A DNA stretch of 45,247 nucleotides from Planctomycetales bacterium (GCA_005239935.1 SBAZ01000013.1:1-45247); one strand, 5' to 3'; counted from the stretch's first letter, positions 17,375-26,708 are shown. Numbers and translations are program-made. Notes: generated by a model from the sequence alone, not told the origin.

Positions 17375-19192
17375 TTAGTGCGCGCCGTGCCGGACAACCG
17401 CCACCAGGCGCCGCCCGCCTGCCACCGGCCACCGTTCAACCGTGCCGAATCCCGTCAAGAACTCCTCGCCGGCGCGGCCCACTTCAGACTCCGCCGTCAC
17501 GACGACATCCACCGGCCGCGTCCCTGGCGCGTAGATCGCCTGCCAGTCCAGCCGCATGTACCCCTCATCCGGATAGAGTGCCGCGATCTCCTTGGTGAAC
17601 CGGTAGCCGGTATAGAAACTTCCGGTCGCCAGCGCAGCCGACGGTTGCCGGACTGCCCCGTTGATCTGATACGCCACCACCGGCGAGCGTCCCATCCGGT
17701 GCGCCAGGACGCCGAGCCGGCGGTCGATCACCTGCTTTTCCGCCCATCCCTCGGCCACGAGCCGGTGATGTGCCTTCACATCCCGGACCGCCGCCCCGGC
17801 CAGCAACGCCAGCACTGCCACCGCGCCCGCGGCCGCGCTGCGGCGGATCCAGCCGGGCGGGCTGACCCAGGCCCGGGTCAGCCAGGCCAGCCCGGCGGCT
17901 GTCCCGACCGCGACCGGTGTCAGAAACCGCACCGCAGCGCCGCTGGCCGCATAGGAGACACCGTCCACCGCGTGATTCCTCAGCCCAGCCACCAACCCGA
18001 ACGTCAGACTCAGCAGCGCGATCACCCCGAGCCCGACCTCACCAGGATCCGGCCCGCGCGCTCTGAGCACCCAGGCCAGCCGGGCCGCGACCAGCCCGGT
18101 AATGAGCAGAACGGCCGCGGTCCAGCCTGGCACATCCCGGATCAGCTGGGCCAGCTCGGCAGCGATGACGCCGGCGCCCAACCGCGCCTCCGGTTGCCAG
18201 AACGCGCCGACGGTGGCATCCACCACATGGTGCAGCATTTCCCCGTATCGGTGGGCGGCGATGAACGTGGAAAGCAGCCAGCCTGCGGCCGCGCCCCCTG
18301 CCGCCTCAAGCGCAAACCGGAACATACCTTCCAGCCGCCGCCACGGCGCGGACCCCGGCCCACACAGGTGGCTCGCCAGACCCAACGCCCAGGCCAGCAG
18401 CAGCACCGGCTGGCCGATGTGGAGCACCGCCGCCAGCCGCGGCGAACTGCGCCAGAAATCTGTTGCCGCGATCAGGAGCGCAACCCCCACGACACCGGCC
18501 AGCCAGGCCGCCAGTATCGGCCAGGTGAGACGGCACCGCGCCGGCTGCCGCGCGGCCCACAGCCACCCCATGGCCGCGCAGCCGGCCAGCACTGCTGCCG
18601 CGACCGGCAGATAGACGATCTTGACGGCGCACGCCAGGCCGGCCCAGGCCCCGGCGGCGAAGAGCTGCCGGGTCTGCGGCGGCTGTCCCGGGCGACAGGC
18701 GTCGAGCAGGCTCGCCCAAAGCAGCAACCCGACTGCCACCAGGAACATCTCAGAACTCCAGTAGGTGGCGTACATCAGCGATGACGCATGGAGAAACGGC
18801 ACGCCAAGGATCGCGGCCCGCAGCAGCCACGGCAGTTGGGTGGGCAGCGCCGCGGCGAAACGCCACAGGGCCGCGACGGTGGCTGCGAGCCCGATCGCGT
18901 ACGCCACGGCAAGAAAACGCGCCAGCGCGTCGAGACGCGTGCCCAACAACCGCGTCAGTGCGGCGCCGAGCACATACACCGGAGTTCCCGGGTGGTACGC
19001 CAGCTCCGGGGGCTGCCCGCGCGCCACCTGGAAGCTGTTGAACGCGAAATCCATCTCCACATCAGTGGACATGATCCAGTACGGCCGCGGTATCACCAGC
19101 ACTTTGTAGGCCCAGACCGATGCCAGCAGCAGGGCGATCACCGCGAACGCCGAAACCCGTGGCCGCATGGCGTGCGCGGAGGCCCCGGTCAT
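17375..19192 (-). CDS. Polytopic membrane protein, probable GT-C-fold (GT39/GT83, PMT_2/ArnT-like) glycosyltransferase
   Basis: More than 10 hydrophobic segments. The first loop, STDVEMDFAFNSFQVARGQPPELAYHPGTPVYVLGA, resembles the acidic loop plus HPPL motif of ArnT/PMT_2 enzymes. About 130 aa at the C-terminus look soluble. ATGA overlap with the upstream stop at 19189-19192. Confidence 0.5.
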   Translation of the reverse strand: MTGASAHAMRPRVSAFAVIALLLASVWAYKVLVIPRPYWIMSTDVEMDFAFNSFQVARGQPPELAYHPGTPVYVLGAALTRLLGTRLDALARFLAVAYAIGLAATVAALWRFAAALPTQLPWLLRAAILGVPFLHASSLMYATYWSSEMFLVAVGLLLWASLLDACRPGQPPQTRQLFAAGAWAGLACAVKIVYLPVAAAVLAGCAAMGWLWAARQPARCRLTWPILAAWLAGVVGVALLIAATDFWRSSPRLAAVLHIGQPVLLLAWALGLASHLCGPGSAPWRRLEGMFRFALEAAGGAAAGWLLSTFIAAHRYGEMLHHVVDATVGAFWQPEARLGAGVIAAELAQLIRDVPGWTAAVLLITGLVAARLAWVLRARGPDPGEVGLGVIALLSLTFGLVAGLRNHAVDGVSYAASGAAVRFLTPVAVGTAAGLAWLTRAWVSPPGWIRRSAAAGAVAVLALLAGAAVRDVKAHHRLVAEGWAEKQVIDRRLGVLAHRMGRSPVVAYQINGAVRQPSAALATGSFYTGYRFTKEIAALYPDEGYMRLDWQAIYAPGTRPVDVVVTAESEVGRAGEEFLTGFGTVERWPVAGGRRLVAVVRHGAH

Positions 19193-21108
19193 CCGCCGCC
19201 CCGTCCCACCGCGGCGAGGGCGATGGAGCCCTCGGGTGCCTGCGCGGCCGGCTGCAGGTGCGCTTCACACCAGGCCTGGAGGACATACACCGCCCAGACC
19301 TGCGACCACAGGGCGCGCCGGACCAGATACCGTGCCCACAGCGCGGTCACCCCAGCGCGCTCGAGCAACCCATGGAGCGGGCCAGTCGCGAAGCGCTCCG
19401 CCAGCTCATCGCGCCATGGACCGCGCATCCACTCATCCAGCGGGAAGACAAACCCCTGCTTGCGCCGATCCAGCACGTGCGCAGGGACCCAGGGTCGCAC
19501 CGCGTCGATCAGCAGCGACTTCGGGCGGCCACCGAAGACGAGGCTGGCTGGCAGGCCGGCAACCCATTCCGCCAGCCGGTGGTCCAGCAGCGGCGCCCGC
19601 ACCTCCAGCCCGTGCGCCATGCTCATGGCATCCGCGTCCCGCAGGAGCTGGTTCTGCAGGTAGCACCGGCACTCGAGCCAGCTGACCTGGCGCGCGGGCG
19701 CGGCCAGCGGCATGTCGGGGCAGGTGGCCTGACCGAGTATGTCGTCCGGCGCGGCCTCGCGCACGTGCCGGTCGAGTACGGCCTCGAGTTCCTCATCGAG
19801 CAGGAGCCCCTTGACCGCCAGGTAGCCGGACTCGGTCGAGGGCGCGCGGCGCAGGAAGACGCGCACTTTGCGCAGCCGGCTCTCGGTCGCGCCGCGGAGC
19901 ACGCGCGCCATCGCCCGGCGGCAGAGCGGCCCGAGCGCGCGGCCGGCGCGGCGCAGCCGCGGCACGCGCCGAAAGGACGTGTAGCCGCCAAAGAGCTCAT
20001 CGCCGCCAAGCCCGGAGAGCGCGACGATCGTGCCGGAGGCGCGCGTCAGACGCGAGACCAGGTACGTGTTCAGGCCGTCCACGCTGGGCTGATCCATCGC
20101 CTGGATGATCTGGGGGAGCGCCTCGCGGACACCGGCTGCGGTCACCCGGCAGCTCATGTGGCGTGTGTCCAGGTGGCGGGAGACGGCCTCGGCGAACGGC
20201 CCCTCGTCGTACAGCGCCTCCTCGAACGTCAGTGAGAAGGTGCGCAGGTCGACGACGCCGGCCTGCCGCATGAGCGCCACCACGGCGCTGGAATCCGTGC
20301 CTCCCGAGAGAAAGGCGCCCAACGGCACGTCACTGATCAGGCACGCGCGGACCGCTTCGATGAGCCGCGCGCGCAGGTCCTCGAGCGCCTCGGCCCGCCG
20401 CACCGGCCGCTCCGGTGGGTAGGACACCTCCCAGTACCGCGTGACGGCGAAGGTGCCAGGCTTGATGACCGCGTAGCAGCCCGGCTCAAGGGACTGCACG
20501 CCACGGAGGATCGTGCGTGGCGCCGGCACCGAGCCCAACGCCAGATACGCCTGCACGGCCGCTGGGTCCGGCTCAGGAGCCGCCACGCCCGCAGCGAGCA
20601 AGGCCCGGACCTCCGAGGCGAACGCCACCGCCTCGCCGACTCGCCGCAGATACAGCGGCTTTTCGCCGAAGCGGTCGCGCGCCAGCAGCAACTGCTGCCG
20701 GGTCGCGTCCCAGACCGCGAACGCGAACATGCCCTGGAACTGCCGCACGCAGTCCGGACCGAACACCTCATAGGCGTGCACGATCACCTCGGTGTCGGTG
20801 CGGGATCGGAACCGGTGACCCCGTGCGATGAGCTGCGCCCGGAGTGCCTCGAAGTTATAGAGTTCCCCGTTGTGCACCGCCCAGACGGTGCCATCCTCGT
20901 TGCCCATGGGCTGGTGGCCGGCGTCCGACAGATCCAGGATCGCCAGACGGCGGCTGCCCAGCGCGACGGTGCCCTGGTCCCTGGCCGAAAACACCGCCAC
21001 ACCCTCGTCATCCGGCCCACGGTGGGCCTGCGCCGCGATGAGGCGGCGGCAGAGCGCCTCGGCTTCTCCCACCGCCGCCGGAATCAGCACGCCGGCAATG
21101 CCGCACAC
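19189..21108 (-). CDS. Asparagine synthase (glutamine-hydrolysing) family amidotransferase (AsnB/WbpS-like)
   Basis: GTG at 21108 places Cys at position 2 (CGIAGVL...), as an Ntn amidotransferase requires. RGPDDEG, HNGELYNF, PP-loop SGGTDSS. The start lies 2 nt after the wzm stop. Confidence 0.85.
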   Translation of the reverse strand: MCGIAGVLIPAAVGEAEALCRRLIAAQAHRGPDDEGVAVFSARDQGTVALGSRRLAILDLSDAGHQPMGNEDGTVWAVHNGELYNFEALRAQLIARGHRFRSRTDTEVIVHAYEVFGPDCVRQFQGMFAFAVWDATRQQLLLARDRFGEKPLYLRRVGEAVAFASEVRALLAAGVAAPEPDPAAVQAYLALGSVPAPRTILRGVQSLEPGCYAVIKPGTFAVTRYWEVSYPPERPVRRAEALEDLRARLIEAVRACLISDVPLGAFLSGGTDSSAVVALMRQAGVVDLRTFSLTFEEALYDEGPFAEAVSRHLDTRHMSCRVTAAGVREALPQIIQAMDQPSVDGLNTYLVSRLTRASGTIVALSGLGGDELFGGYTSFRRVPRLRRAGRALGPLCRRAMARVLRGATESRLRKVRVFLRRAPSTESGYLAVKGLLLDEELEAVLDRHVREAAPDDILGQATCPDMPLAAPARQVSWLECRCYLQNQLLRDADAMSMAHGLEVRAPLLDHRLAEWVAGLPASLVFGGRPKSLLIDAVRPWVPAHVLDRRKQGFVFPLDEWMRGPWRDELAERFATGPLHGLLERAGVTALWARYLVRRALWSQVWAVYVLQAWCEAHLQPAAQAPEGSIALAAVGRGGG

Positions 21109-21110
21109 CG

Positions 21111-21992
21111 TCACCGCCCTCCGGAGCCGAGAATGTCGGCGAATACCCGCTCGCGCCGCCGGAAATACCAGGCGCCGCCGAGGAACAGCACCCCGGAGGC
21201 CCCGGCCGAGACCGCGAGCACTGGGCCCGGGGCGGTGCCGACACCGAAGAGCGCCCACCGGAAACCCTCCACGACGCCAACCATCGGGTTGAGTGCGTAG
21301 AGCGGCCGCCATGCCAGAGGCACCATACTGCTCGGATAGACGACTGGCGTGACGAACAACCACAGCTGGGTCAGAAACGGCAGCACGTACCGGACATCAC
21401 GGTACTCGAGGTTCAGCGCCGACAGCCAGAAGCCCAGGCCGAGCGACGTCATCAGCATCAGGAGGACGAACGACGGCAACCAGACAATGCCGAGGGTGGG
21501 CGCCAGGCCGTAGTACACCATGAGGCCCACGAGCAGGATCGAGGCGATGGCAAAATCCACCAGTGCGGCGAGCACCGTGGAAAGCGGCACGAGCAGCCGC
21601 GGAAAATAGACGCGGGTGATCAGGCGTTGGTCCGCCAGCAGGCTGCCGGCTGATTCGGACAGCGCCCGGGAGAAGATCTGCCACGGTAACAGGCCAGCGT
21701 ATGCGAACACGGGATACGGGATCCCCTCGGACGGCAACTGCGCCAACTGGCCGAAAAAGAGCGTGAACACGAGCATCATGGACAGCGGCTGCGCCACGGC
21801 CCAGGCGATGCCGATGGCTGTCTGCTTATAGCGCACCTTCAAGTCCCGCCAGACGAGGAAATAGGCGAGTTCGCGGTACCGCCACAGGTCCCGCAGTCCC
21901 AGGCTGAAGCCCCGGGTTGCACGGATGTCGATCACCTCTGGCGGCAGCCTGGGAGCCCATGCGTTGGCCTCGGACATCGTGGCTGTTGTCAT
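21111..21992 (-). CDS. wzm: ABC-2 type polysaccharide exporter permease (Wzm/KpsM/TagG-like)
   Basis: [35 protein letters not shown] is the ABC-2 signature region, followed by six hydrophobic segments. ATG at 21992 forms an ATGA overlap with the uxs stop. Confidence 0.85.
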   Translation of the reverse strand: MTTATMSEANAWAPRLPPEVIDIRATRGFSLGLRDLWRYRELAYFLVWRDLKVRYKQTAIGIAWAVAQPLSMMLVFTLFFGQLAQLPSEGIPYPVFAYAGLLPWQIFSRALSESAGSLLADQRLITRVYFPRLLVPLSTVLAALVDFAIASILLVGLMVYYGLAPTLGIVWLPSFVLLMLMTSLGLGFWLSALNLEYRDVRYVLPFLTQLWLFVTPVVYPSSMVPLAWRPLYALNPMVGVVEGFRWALFGVGTAPGPVLAVSAGASGVLFLGGAWYFRRRERVFADILGSGGR

Positions 21993-22939
21993 GACTTCGC
22001 GAGTGCCTGCGCGTGCTGGCGAAACCATCCGATGGTCGCCGCCAGGCCCTCCCGAACCGGCACGCGCGGCCGCCACCCCGTTAACCGGGTAATCGTGGCC
22101 AGGTCCGGCCGGCGCTGCTTCGGGTCATCCGTCGGCAGGGGGCGGAATTCGATCCGGCTGCCAGCGCCGTTGACGAGCTCCAACACCAATTTGGCCAGTT
22201 CCAAAATGGTCCATTCCTCAGGATTCCCCACGTTCACCGGGTCGGGATGTGCCACGTCCATAAGCCCGCGGATTCCCTCCACTAGGTCATCGACATAGCA
22301 GAGGCTGCGTGTCTGCCCGCCGTCGCCGTACACGGTCAGGGCCTCGCCGCGCAGGGCCTGGCTGATGAAGTTCGGGATGGCGCGGCCATCGTTCAGGCGC
22401 ATCCGCGGCCCGTAGGTGTTGAAAATGCGGACGATGCGGGTATCGATCCCGTGTTCCCGGTGGTAGGCCATCGTCAGCGCCTCCGCGAACCGCTTGGTCT
22501 CGTCATAGACGCCGCGCGGCCCCACGGGGTTGACCCGGCCCCAGTACGTCTCCGGCTGGGGATGGACTTCCGGGTCCCCATAGACCTCCGACGTCGAGGC
22601 CAGCATGAACCTGGCTCCCTTCGCCTTGGCCATGCCCAGCATATTCAGCGTGCCGAGGGAGCCGACCTTCAGCGTCGGAATGGGATACTTGAGGTAGTCC
22701 GGGGGGCTGGCTGGTGAAGCAAAATGGAGGATATAGTCCACGGGTGCCGGCAGGTCAAGCGGCTTGCTGATGTCGTGCTGGAGGAAGCGGAACCGGCGCC
22801 CGGCGCGCAAGTGGGCCACGTTGCTCTGCGTGCCGGTGATGAAGTTGTCCACGCACACGATGTCGTGGTCGTCGCGCAGCAACCGCTCGCAGAGATGCGA
22901 CCCGATGAACCCTGCCCCGCCGGTGATGAGGACCTGCAT
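21989..22939 (-). CDS. uxs: UDP-glucuronate decarboxylase (UDP-xylose synthase)
   Basis: [88 protein letters not shown]. All are UXS hallmark blocks. Confidence 0.9.
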   Translation of the reverse strand: MQVLITGGAGFIGSHLCERLLRDDHDIVCVDNFITGTQSNVAHLRAGRRFRFLQHDISKPLDLPAPVDYILHFASPASPPDYLKYPIPTLKVGSLGTLNMLGMAKAKGARFMLASTSEVYGDPEVHPQPETYWGRVNPVGPRGVYDETKRFAEALTMAYHREHGIDTRIVRIFNTYGPRMRLNDGRAIPNFISQALRGEALTVYGDGGQTRSLCYVDDLVEGIRGLMDVAHPDPVNVGNPEEWTILELAKLVLELVNGAGSRIEFRPLPTDDPKQRRPDLATITRLTGWRPRVPVREGLAATIGWFRQHAQALAKS

Positions 22940-23220
22940 CAGCTGAACTCGTCCGTCGGGGTGGTGCCGACTTGTGACACGTCCTGCAGCTTGAGCACCG
23001 CCTGCCGCACGAGCCGAATGCCGCGGTGCTTATTGGACGCACGCCGGATGAACCCCTTGTGCTCGAGCGCGTTGAGCCGGTCGACCGCGGACTTGTAGGA
23101 GAAGATCTGGCAGGCGTCTTGGATTTCACGGATGAGGGGAGCGCGGCGGTGCTCGCCGATGTAGCGCTGGATGAAGTCCAGGACCGCTTGCTGCTTGTGG
23201 GTGAGCGCGAACAGTGCCAG
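22939..23220 (-). CDS. LexA N-terminal DNA-binding-domain-only winged-helix protein (no S24 peptidase domain); putative non-canonical CTG start
   Basis: Hand translation of the open frame 22942..23244 gives (L)[92 protein letters not shown]. It is collinear with the LexA wHTH (LTxRQQxVxDxI...EI...L.AL..KG.I....RGIRL). There is no in-frame ATG/GTG/TTG near the N-terminus. A GGAG sits 6 nt before the CTG at 23220. The stop overlaps the uxs ATG by 1 nt (TGATG). Confidence 0.6.
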   Translation of the reverse strand: MALFALTHKQQAVLDFIQRYIGEHRRAPLIREIQDACQIFSYKSAVDRLNALEHKGFIRRASNKHRGIRLVRQAVLKLQDVSQVGTTPTDEFS

Positions 23221-23292
23221 ACCGGGCTCCGGAAGTTCGGGGACTCAAAAGATTACAATAAAACGGTGAGAAAACTTACTATATTAGCGCGT

Positions 23293-23321
23293 AGCATAAC
23301 ACGCGACCCCTGTGGGGTCAA
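23293..23321 (-). promoter_or_regulatory. Sigma70-like promoter candidate for the downstream operon (LexA-like ORF through to at least position 1)
   Basis: The minus strand reads TTGACC-17 nt-TATGCT (-35 at 23321..23316, -10 at 23298..23293). It lies in the only AT-rich gap (about 23240-23300) between 34 kb and 1. Confidence 0.5.
23305..23319 (-). promoter_or_regulatory. Perfect palindrome GACCCC-nnn-GGGGTC overlapping the -35/spacer (operator candidate)
   Basis: The plus strand reads gacccc tgt ggggtc at 23305-23319. It lies 4 nt downstream of the lhgO-like stop and has no U-tract after it. Confidence 0.45.
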
Positions 23322-23322
23322 C

Positions 23323-24579
23323 TCATTGTCGCGTGAAGACAACAGCCCCCTGCTCGTGGCGAGGATGCACCGCCCCGACGGCCGCCAGGCGGTCGGCCAC
23401 GTGCCGGGCGATTGCCAGGCAGGCTGTCGCGGCGGGTGAGGGGGCATTCCGCACGAAGACTGCCCCGGGCTGTTCGACCAGGTCGAAGTCGTCGAGCAAC
23501 CGTCCGTCCGCCCCCACCGCCTGCGCCCGCACCCCGCTGCCCCCAGGCCGCAGATCGCTTGCGCGGATCTCGGGGACCAGCCGCTGGACCGACCGCACCA
23601 ACGCGCGCCGGCTCCAGGATCGGTAGGCTTCGCTCAGTCCTGCGCGCCAGAAGCGCCGCGTCATCCGCCAAAAGCCGCCAAACCGCGCGAGCTCACTGAG
23701 GTCCTGCCAATCCCAGTCGGTGCGCGTGTAGCCCTCCCGCTTGAGTGCGAGGACCGCGTTGGGCCCGACGTGCACCGTTCCGTCCACCGTGCGCGTCACG
23801 TGCACGCCGAGAAATGGCAGTTGGGGATCCGGCACCGGGTAGATCATCCCGCGCACGAGCGCCCGACGCTCCGGCACCAGGTCGTAGTAGTCGCCGCGGA
23901 AGGGCACGATGCGCACGTCGTCCTCCCCGCCGGCGGTGCGCGCCAGGCGGTCGGCAAAGAGCCCGGCGCAGCTCACCAGGCTGCGCGTGCCGAGCGCTCC
24001 ACGGTCAGTCTCCACGACCCACCCATCGGCCTGGGGGGCGACACGCCGGACGTTCGTGGACGTGCGGATCTCGGCGCCGCGGTGCATGGCGCCGTCCCCG
24101 AGTGCGCGCGCGACGCGGCCGAAGTCCACCACGGCCGCACCCGGCACGTGGAGGGCGTGCAGGCCAGCCGCATGCGGCTCCACATCCCGCAGGCGGTCCG
24201 GGCCGATCAGCGCCAGGTCCGGCACCCCGTTCGCCTGCCCGCGCTCGTACAGGGCGCGCAGCCGCGGCACCTCCTCAGGTGTGGTGGCCACGATGACCTT
24301 CCCCACGACCGCGGTCGGAATGCCGTGTTCCTGGCAGAACTCCAGGAGACGCCGGCGGCCCTCCAGGCACAGTGCGGCCTTGAGCGAGCCCGGGCGGTAG
24401 TAGATGCCGGAGTGGACGACGCCGCTGTTGTGCGTGGTCTGGTGCGCGCCGAGGGAGGACTCTTTCTCGAGGACGACGACCCGGCACCCGGGCCGGCGCG
24501 CCGTGAGTTCGGCCGCCACCGCCAGACCGACGATGCCGCCGCCGATCACCACGACGTCCGCCGCGGGATGGTCCGGCAT
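23323..24579 (-). CDS. lhgO: FAD-dependent L-2-hydroxyglutarate oxidase/dehydrogenase family (LhgO-like)
   Basis: MPDHPAADVVVIGGGIVGLAVAAEL (FAD GxGxxG), HQTTHNSGVVHSGIYYRPGSLKA (LhgO hallmark), VRNAPSPAATA. Internal ATG at 24579, 14 nt after the upstream stop. The 127-aa extension in the track ORF is Arg/Ala-rich. Confidence 0.8.
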   Translation of the reverse strand: MPDHPAADVVVIGGGIVGLAVAAELTARRPGCRVVVLEKESSLGAHQTTHNSGVVHSGIYYRPGSLKAALCLEGRRRLLEFCQEHGIPTAVVGKVIVATTPEEVPRLRALYERGQANGVPDLALIGPDRLRDVEPHAAGLHALHVPGAAVVDFGRVARALGDGAMHRGAEIRTSTNVRRVAPQADGWVVETDRGALGTRSLVSCAGLFADRLARTAGGEDDVRIVPFRGDYYDLVPERRALVRGMIYPVPDPQLPFLGVHVTRTVDGTVHVGPNAVLALKREGYTRTDWDWQDLSELARFGGFWRMTRRFWRAGLSEAYRSWSRRALVRSVQRLVPEIRASDLRPGGSGVRAQAVGADGRLLDDFDLVEQPGAVFVRNAPSPAATACLAIARHVADRLAAVGAVHPRHEQGAVVFTRQ

Positions 24580-24593
24580 GGGCGTGACGACCC

Positions 24594-25706
24594 TCACCTC
24601 GCGCTCAGCGCGCGCTGCACCGTCGCGACGACGCGGGTGATCGTTCCGCGCGCCATCTCGGGATACAGTGGCAGCGACAGTACCTGCCGCGCCGCGGCCT
24701 CGGCGGCCGGAAGCCGCTCGTGCCGCCGCCTCCGGAGCGCGGGCTGCGCCGGGACCGTCGAGGGGTAGGCGACTTGGCAGGCGATGCCGGCCGCGGCGAG
24801 TGCGCGCTGCACGCGGTCGCGGCGCGGCGTGCGGATCGTGTAGAGCGCATACGCGTGTCGGGTTCCTGGCCGCTCCTGCGGCAGTGCGTGGCGCGGCAGC
24901 CCTGTGCGCTGCAACAGCGATGTGTACGCGGCCGCGTGGCGGCGCCGGGCCGCATTCCATCCCCGCAGATGGTGCAGCTTCACCCGGAGAATCGCTGCTT
25001 GCAGTTCATCCAACCGGCTGTTGGTCCCGACGGCCAGGTGCCGGTACCGCGCGTGGCTGCCATGCGCCCGGAGGAGCCGGACCTGTTCGGCAAGCCTGGC
25101 GTCGCTCGTGACGACCATCCCCGCATCCCCATAGGCTCCGAGGTTCTTGCTTGGGTAGAAGCTCAGACAACCCGCCGCGCCGAAACTCCCGACCGGCCGC
25201 CCACCCTGCGCCGCGCCCAGTGCCTGCGCGCAGTCCTCAACCAGCACCAGCCCGCGGGCGCGCGCCAGAGCGCCCAGCGCGCGCATGTCGCAGGGATGCC
25301 CGTACAGGTGTACTGGGAGGAGCGCGCGGGTCCGGCGCGTCAGCCGGCGGCGGACGTCCTGTGGATCGAGGGTGTAGGTGGCCGCGTCGATGTCCGCGAA
25401 GACCGGGGTTGCGCCGACCGCCAGGATCGCTTCAGCCGTCGCAAAGAAGGTAAAGCCGCTCGTGATGACCTCGTCGCCCGAGCTGATGCCGGCGGCGCGC
25501 AACGCGAGGATCAGCGCATCGGTGCCCGAGGCCACCGCGACGGCGTAGCACGTCCCGCAGAAGGCCGCCACCTCTCGTTCGAGCGCCTCGACTTCCGGGC
25601 CAAGGATGAACTGCCCGCTGGCCAGCACGCGGCGGATGGCCGCGTCAACAGCTGGCTTCAGCGAGCGGTACTGCGCCTGCAGGTCTACAAGCGGGATCGT
25701 CGGCAT
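24594..25706 (-). CDS. DegT/DnrJ/EryC1/StrS-family PLP-dependent sugar aminotransferase
   Basis: MPTIPLVDLQAQYRSLKPAVDAAIRRVLASGQFILGPEVEALEREVAAFCG..., ASGTDALILALRA, FYPSKNLGAYGDAG (catalytic Lys). Internal ATG at 25706. Confidence 0.85.
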   Translation of the reverse strand: MPTIPLVDLQAQYRSLKPAVDAAIRRVLASGQFILGPEVEALEREVAAFCGTCYAVAVASGTDALILALRAAGISSGDEVITSGFTFFATAEAILAVGATPVFADIDAATYTLDPQDVRRRLTRRTRALLPVHLYGHPCDMRALGALARARGLVLVEDCAQALGAAQGGRPVGSFGAAGCLSFYPSKNLGAYGDAGMVVTSDARLAEQVRLLRAHGSHARYRHLAVGTNSRLDELQAAILRVKLHHLRGWNAARRRHAAAYTSLLQRTGLPRHALPQERPGTRHAYALYTIRTPRRDRVQRALAAAGIACQVAYPSTVPAQPALRRRRHERLPAAEAAARQVLSLPLYPEMARGTITRVVATVQRALSAR

Positions 25707-25743
25707 GCAACGCGCGGGGGCTGCTGGACGGACGGGCCGGCGC

Positions 25744-26694
25744 CTAGCGCCGCGGCACTGGGGGATGCTCCTTGAACCACGCGACGGTGCGTGTGAGGCC
25801 CTCGGCGAACCGCACCGAGCCCTTCCACTTGAGTAACTTGGAGGTTTTGGCCGGGTCCACCAGCGTGCGCCGGACATCGCCGGGACGCGGCGGCACGTGC
25901 TTCGGCGGAACCGAGAGGCCCAGGATCGCATTCAGCTCCCTCAGGATGTCGAGCACGGTGTTCTCCTCTCCGAGCGCGATGTTGAGCACTTCCCCGCCGA
26001 GACCGGGAACTTCCGAGGCCAGGATGGTCGCCTCGACGACGTTCTGGACGTACGTGAAGTCCCGCGACTGCAGCCCGTCCCCGTAGACCGGAGGAGATTC
26101 TTTCCGCAGCAGGCAGTAGATAAATTTCGGAATGACCACGGCGTACTCATCTTCCAGGCTCTGGCGGGGGCCGAAGACGTTGAAGTACCGCAGCGACACC
26201 GTCTCGAGGCCGAAGGCCCGGTAGAACATCTCGCAGACGACCTCGCCGGCGAGCTTGGACGAGCCGTAGGGGGACACCGGATGGACCGGGTGGTCCTCCC
26301 GCTGCGGGAAGAGCGTGGTTTCCCCGTACACCGAACTGGAGGACACGCACACGGCGCGCTGCACCTTGGCCTTGATGGCCTCCTCCAGCATGCCGGTCAC
26401 CGCCAGGGCGTTCACCTCCATGTAGCCGGAGGGGTCCTTCATGGACTTCGGCACGCTGCGCCAGGCCGCCTCGTGGATGATGCGCTCGATGCCCTGCATC
26501 GCCTTCGCCATGAGCGCCCGGTCGCGGATGTCGCCCTGGAGAAACTCGATGCGGTCCTTGACCTGCGCCAGATTCTCGGGTCGGCCGGAGGAGAGATCGT
26601 CGACCACCCGCACCTGATGGCCCTTCGCCACGAGCGCATCCACCACATGGGAGCCCACGAACCCTGCGCCGCCAGTCACCAGGTACCGTGCCAT
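25744..26694 (-). CDS. UDP-sugar 4-epimerase (WbpP/TviC-like extended SDR)
   Basis: MARYLVTGGAGFVGSHVVDAL, SSSSVYG, YGSSKLAGE, LRYFNVFGPRQ, PVYGDGLQSRDFTYV. It lies directly downstream of the TviB-like dehydrogenase. Confidence 0.75.
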   Translation of the reverse strand: MARYLVTGGAGFVGSHVVDALVAKGHQVRVVDDLSSGRPENLAQVKDRIEFLQGDIRDRALMAKAMQGIERIIHEAAWRSVPKSMKDPSGYMEVNALAVTGMLEEAIKAKVQRAVCVSSSSVYGETTLFPQREDHPVHPVSPYGSSKLAGEVVCEMFYRAFGLETVSLRYFNVFGPRQSLEDEYAVVIPKFIYCLLRKESPPVYGDGLQSRDFTYVQNVVEATILASEVPGLGGEVLNIALGEENTVLDILRELNAILGLSVPPKHVPPRPGDVRRTLVDPAKTSKLLKWKGSVRFAEGLTRTVAWFKEHPPVPRR

Positions 26695-26708
26695 GATCCG
26701 CGGATCCG

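Noticed and set aside
22755-23129. A 124-aa minus-strand ORF spanning the uxs start and the LexA-like region.
   Set aside because: It is out of frame with both better-supported genes. The translation is Ser/Arg/Pro-rich with no motif. The alternative frame gives a clean LexA-type wHTH.
23305-23319. The GC hairpin after the lhgO-like stop as a Rho-independent terminator.
   Set aside because: The stem is only 6 bp and no U-tract follows on the transcribed strand. I kept it as an operator or structure candidate instead.
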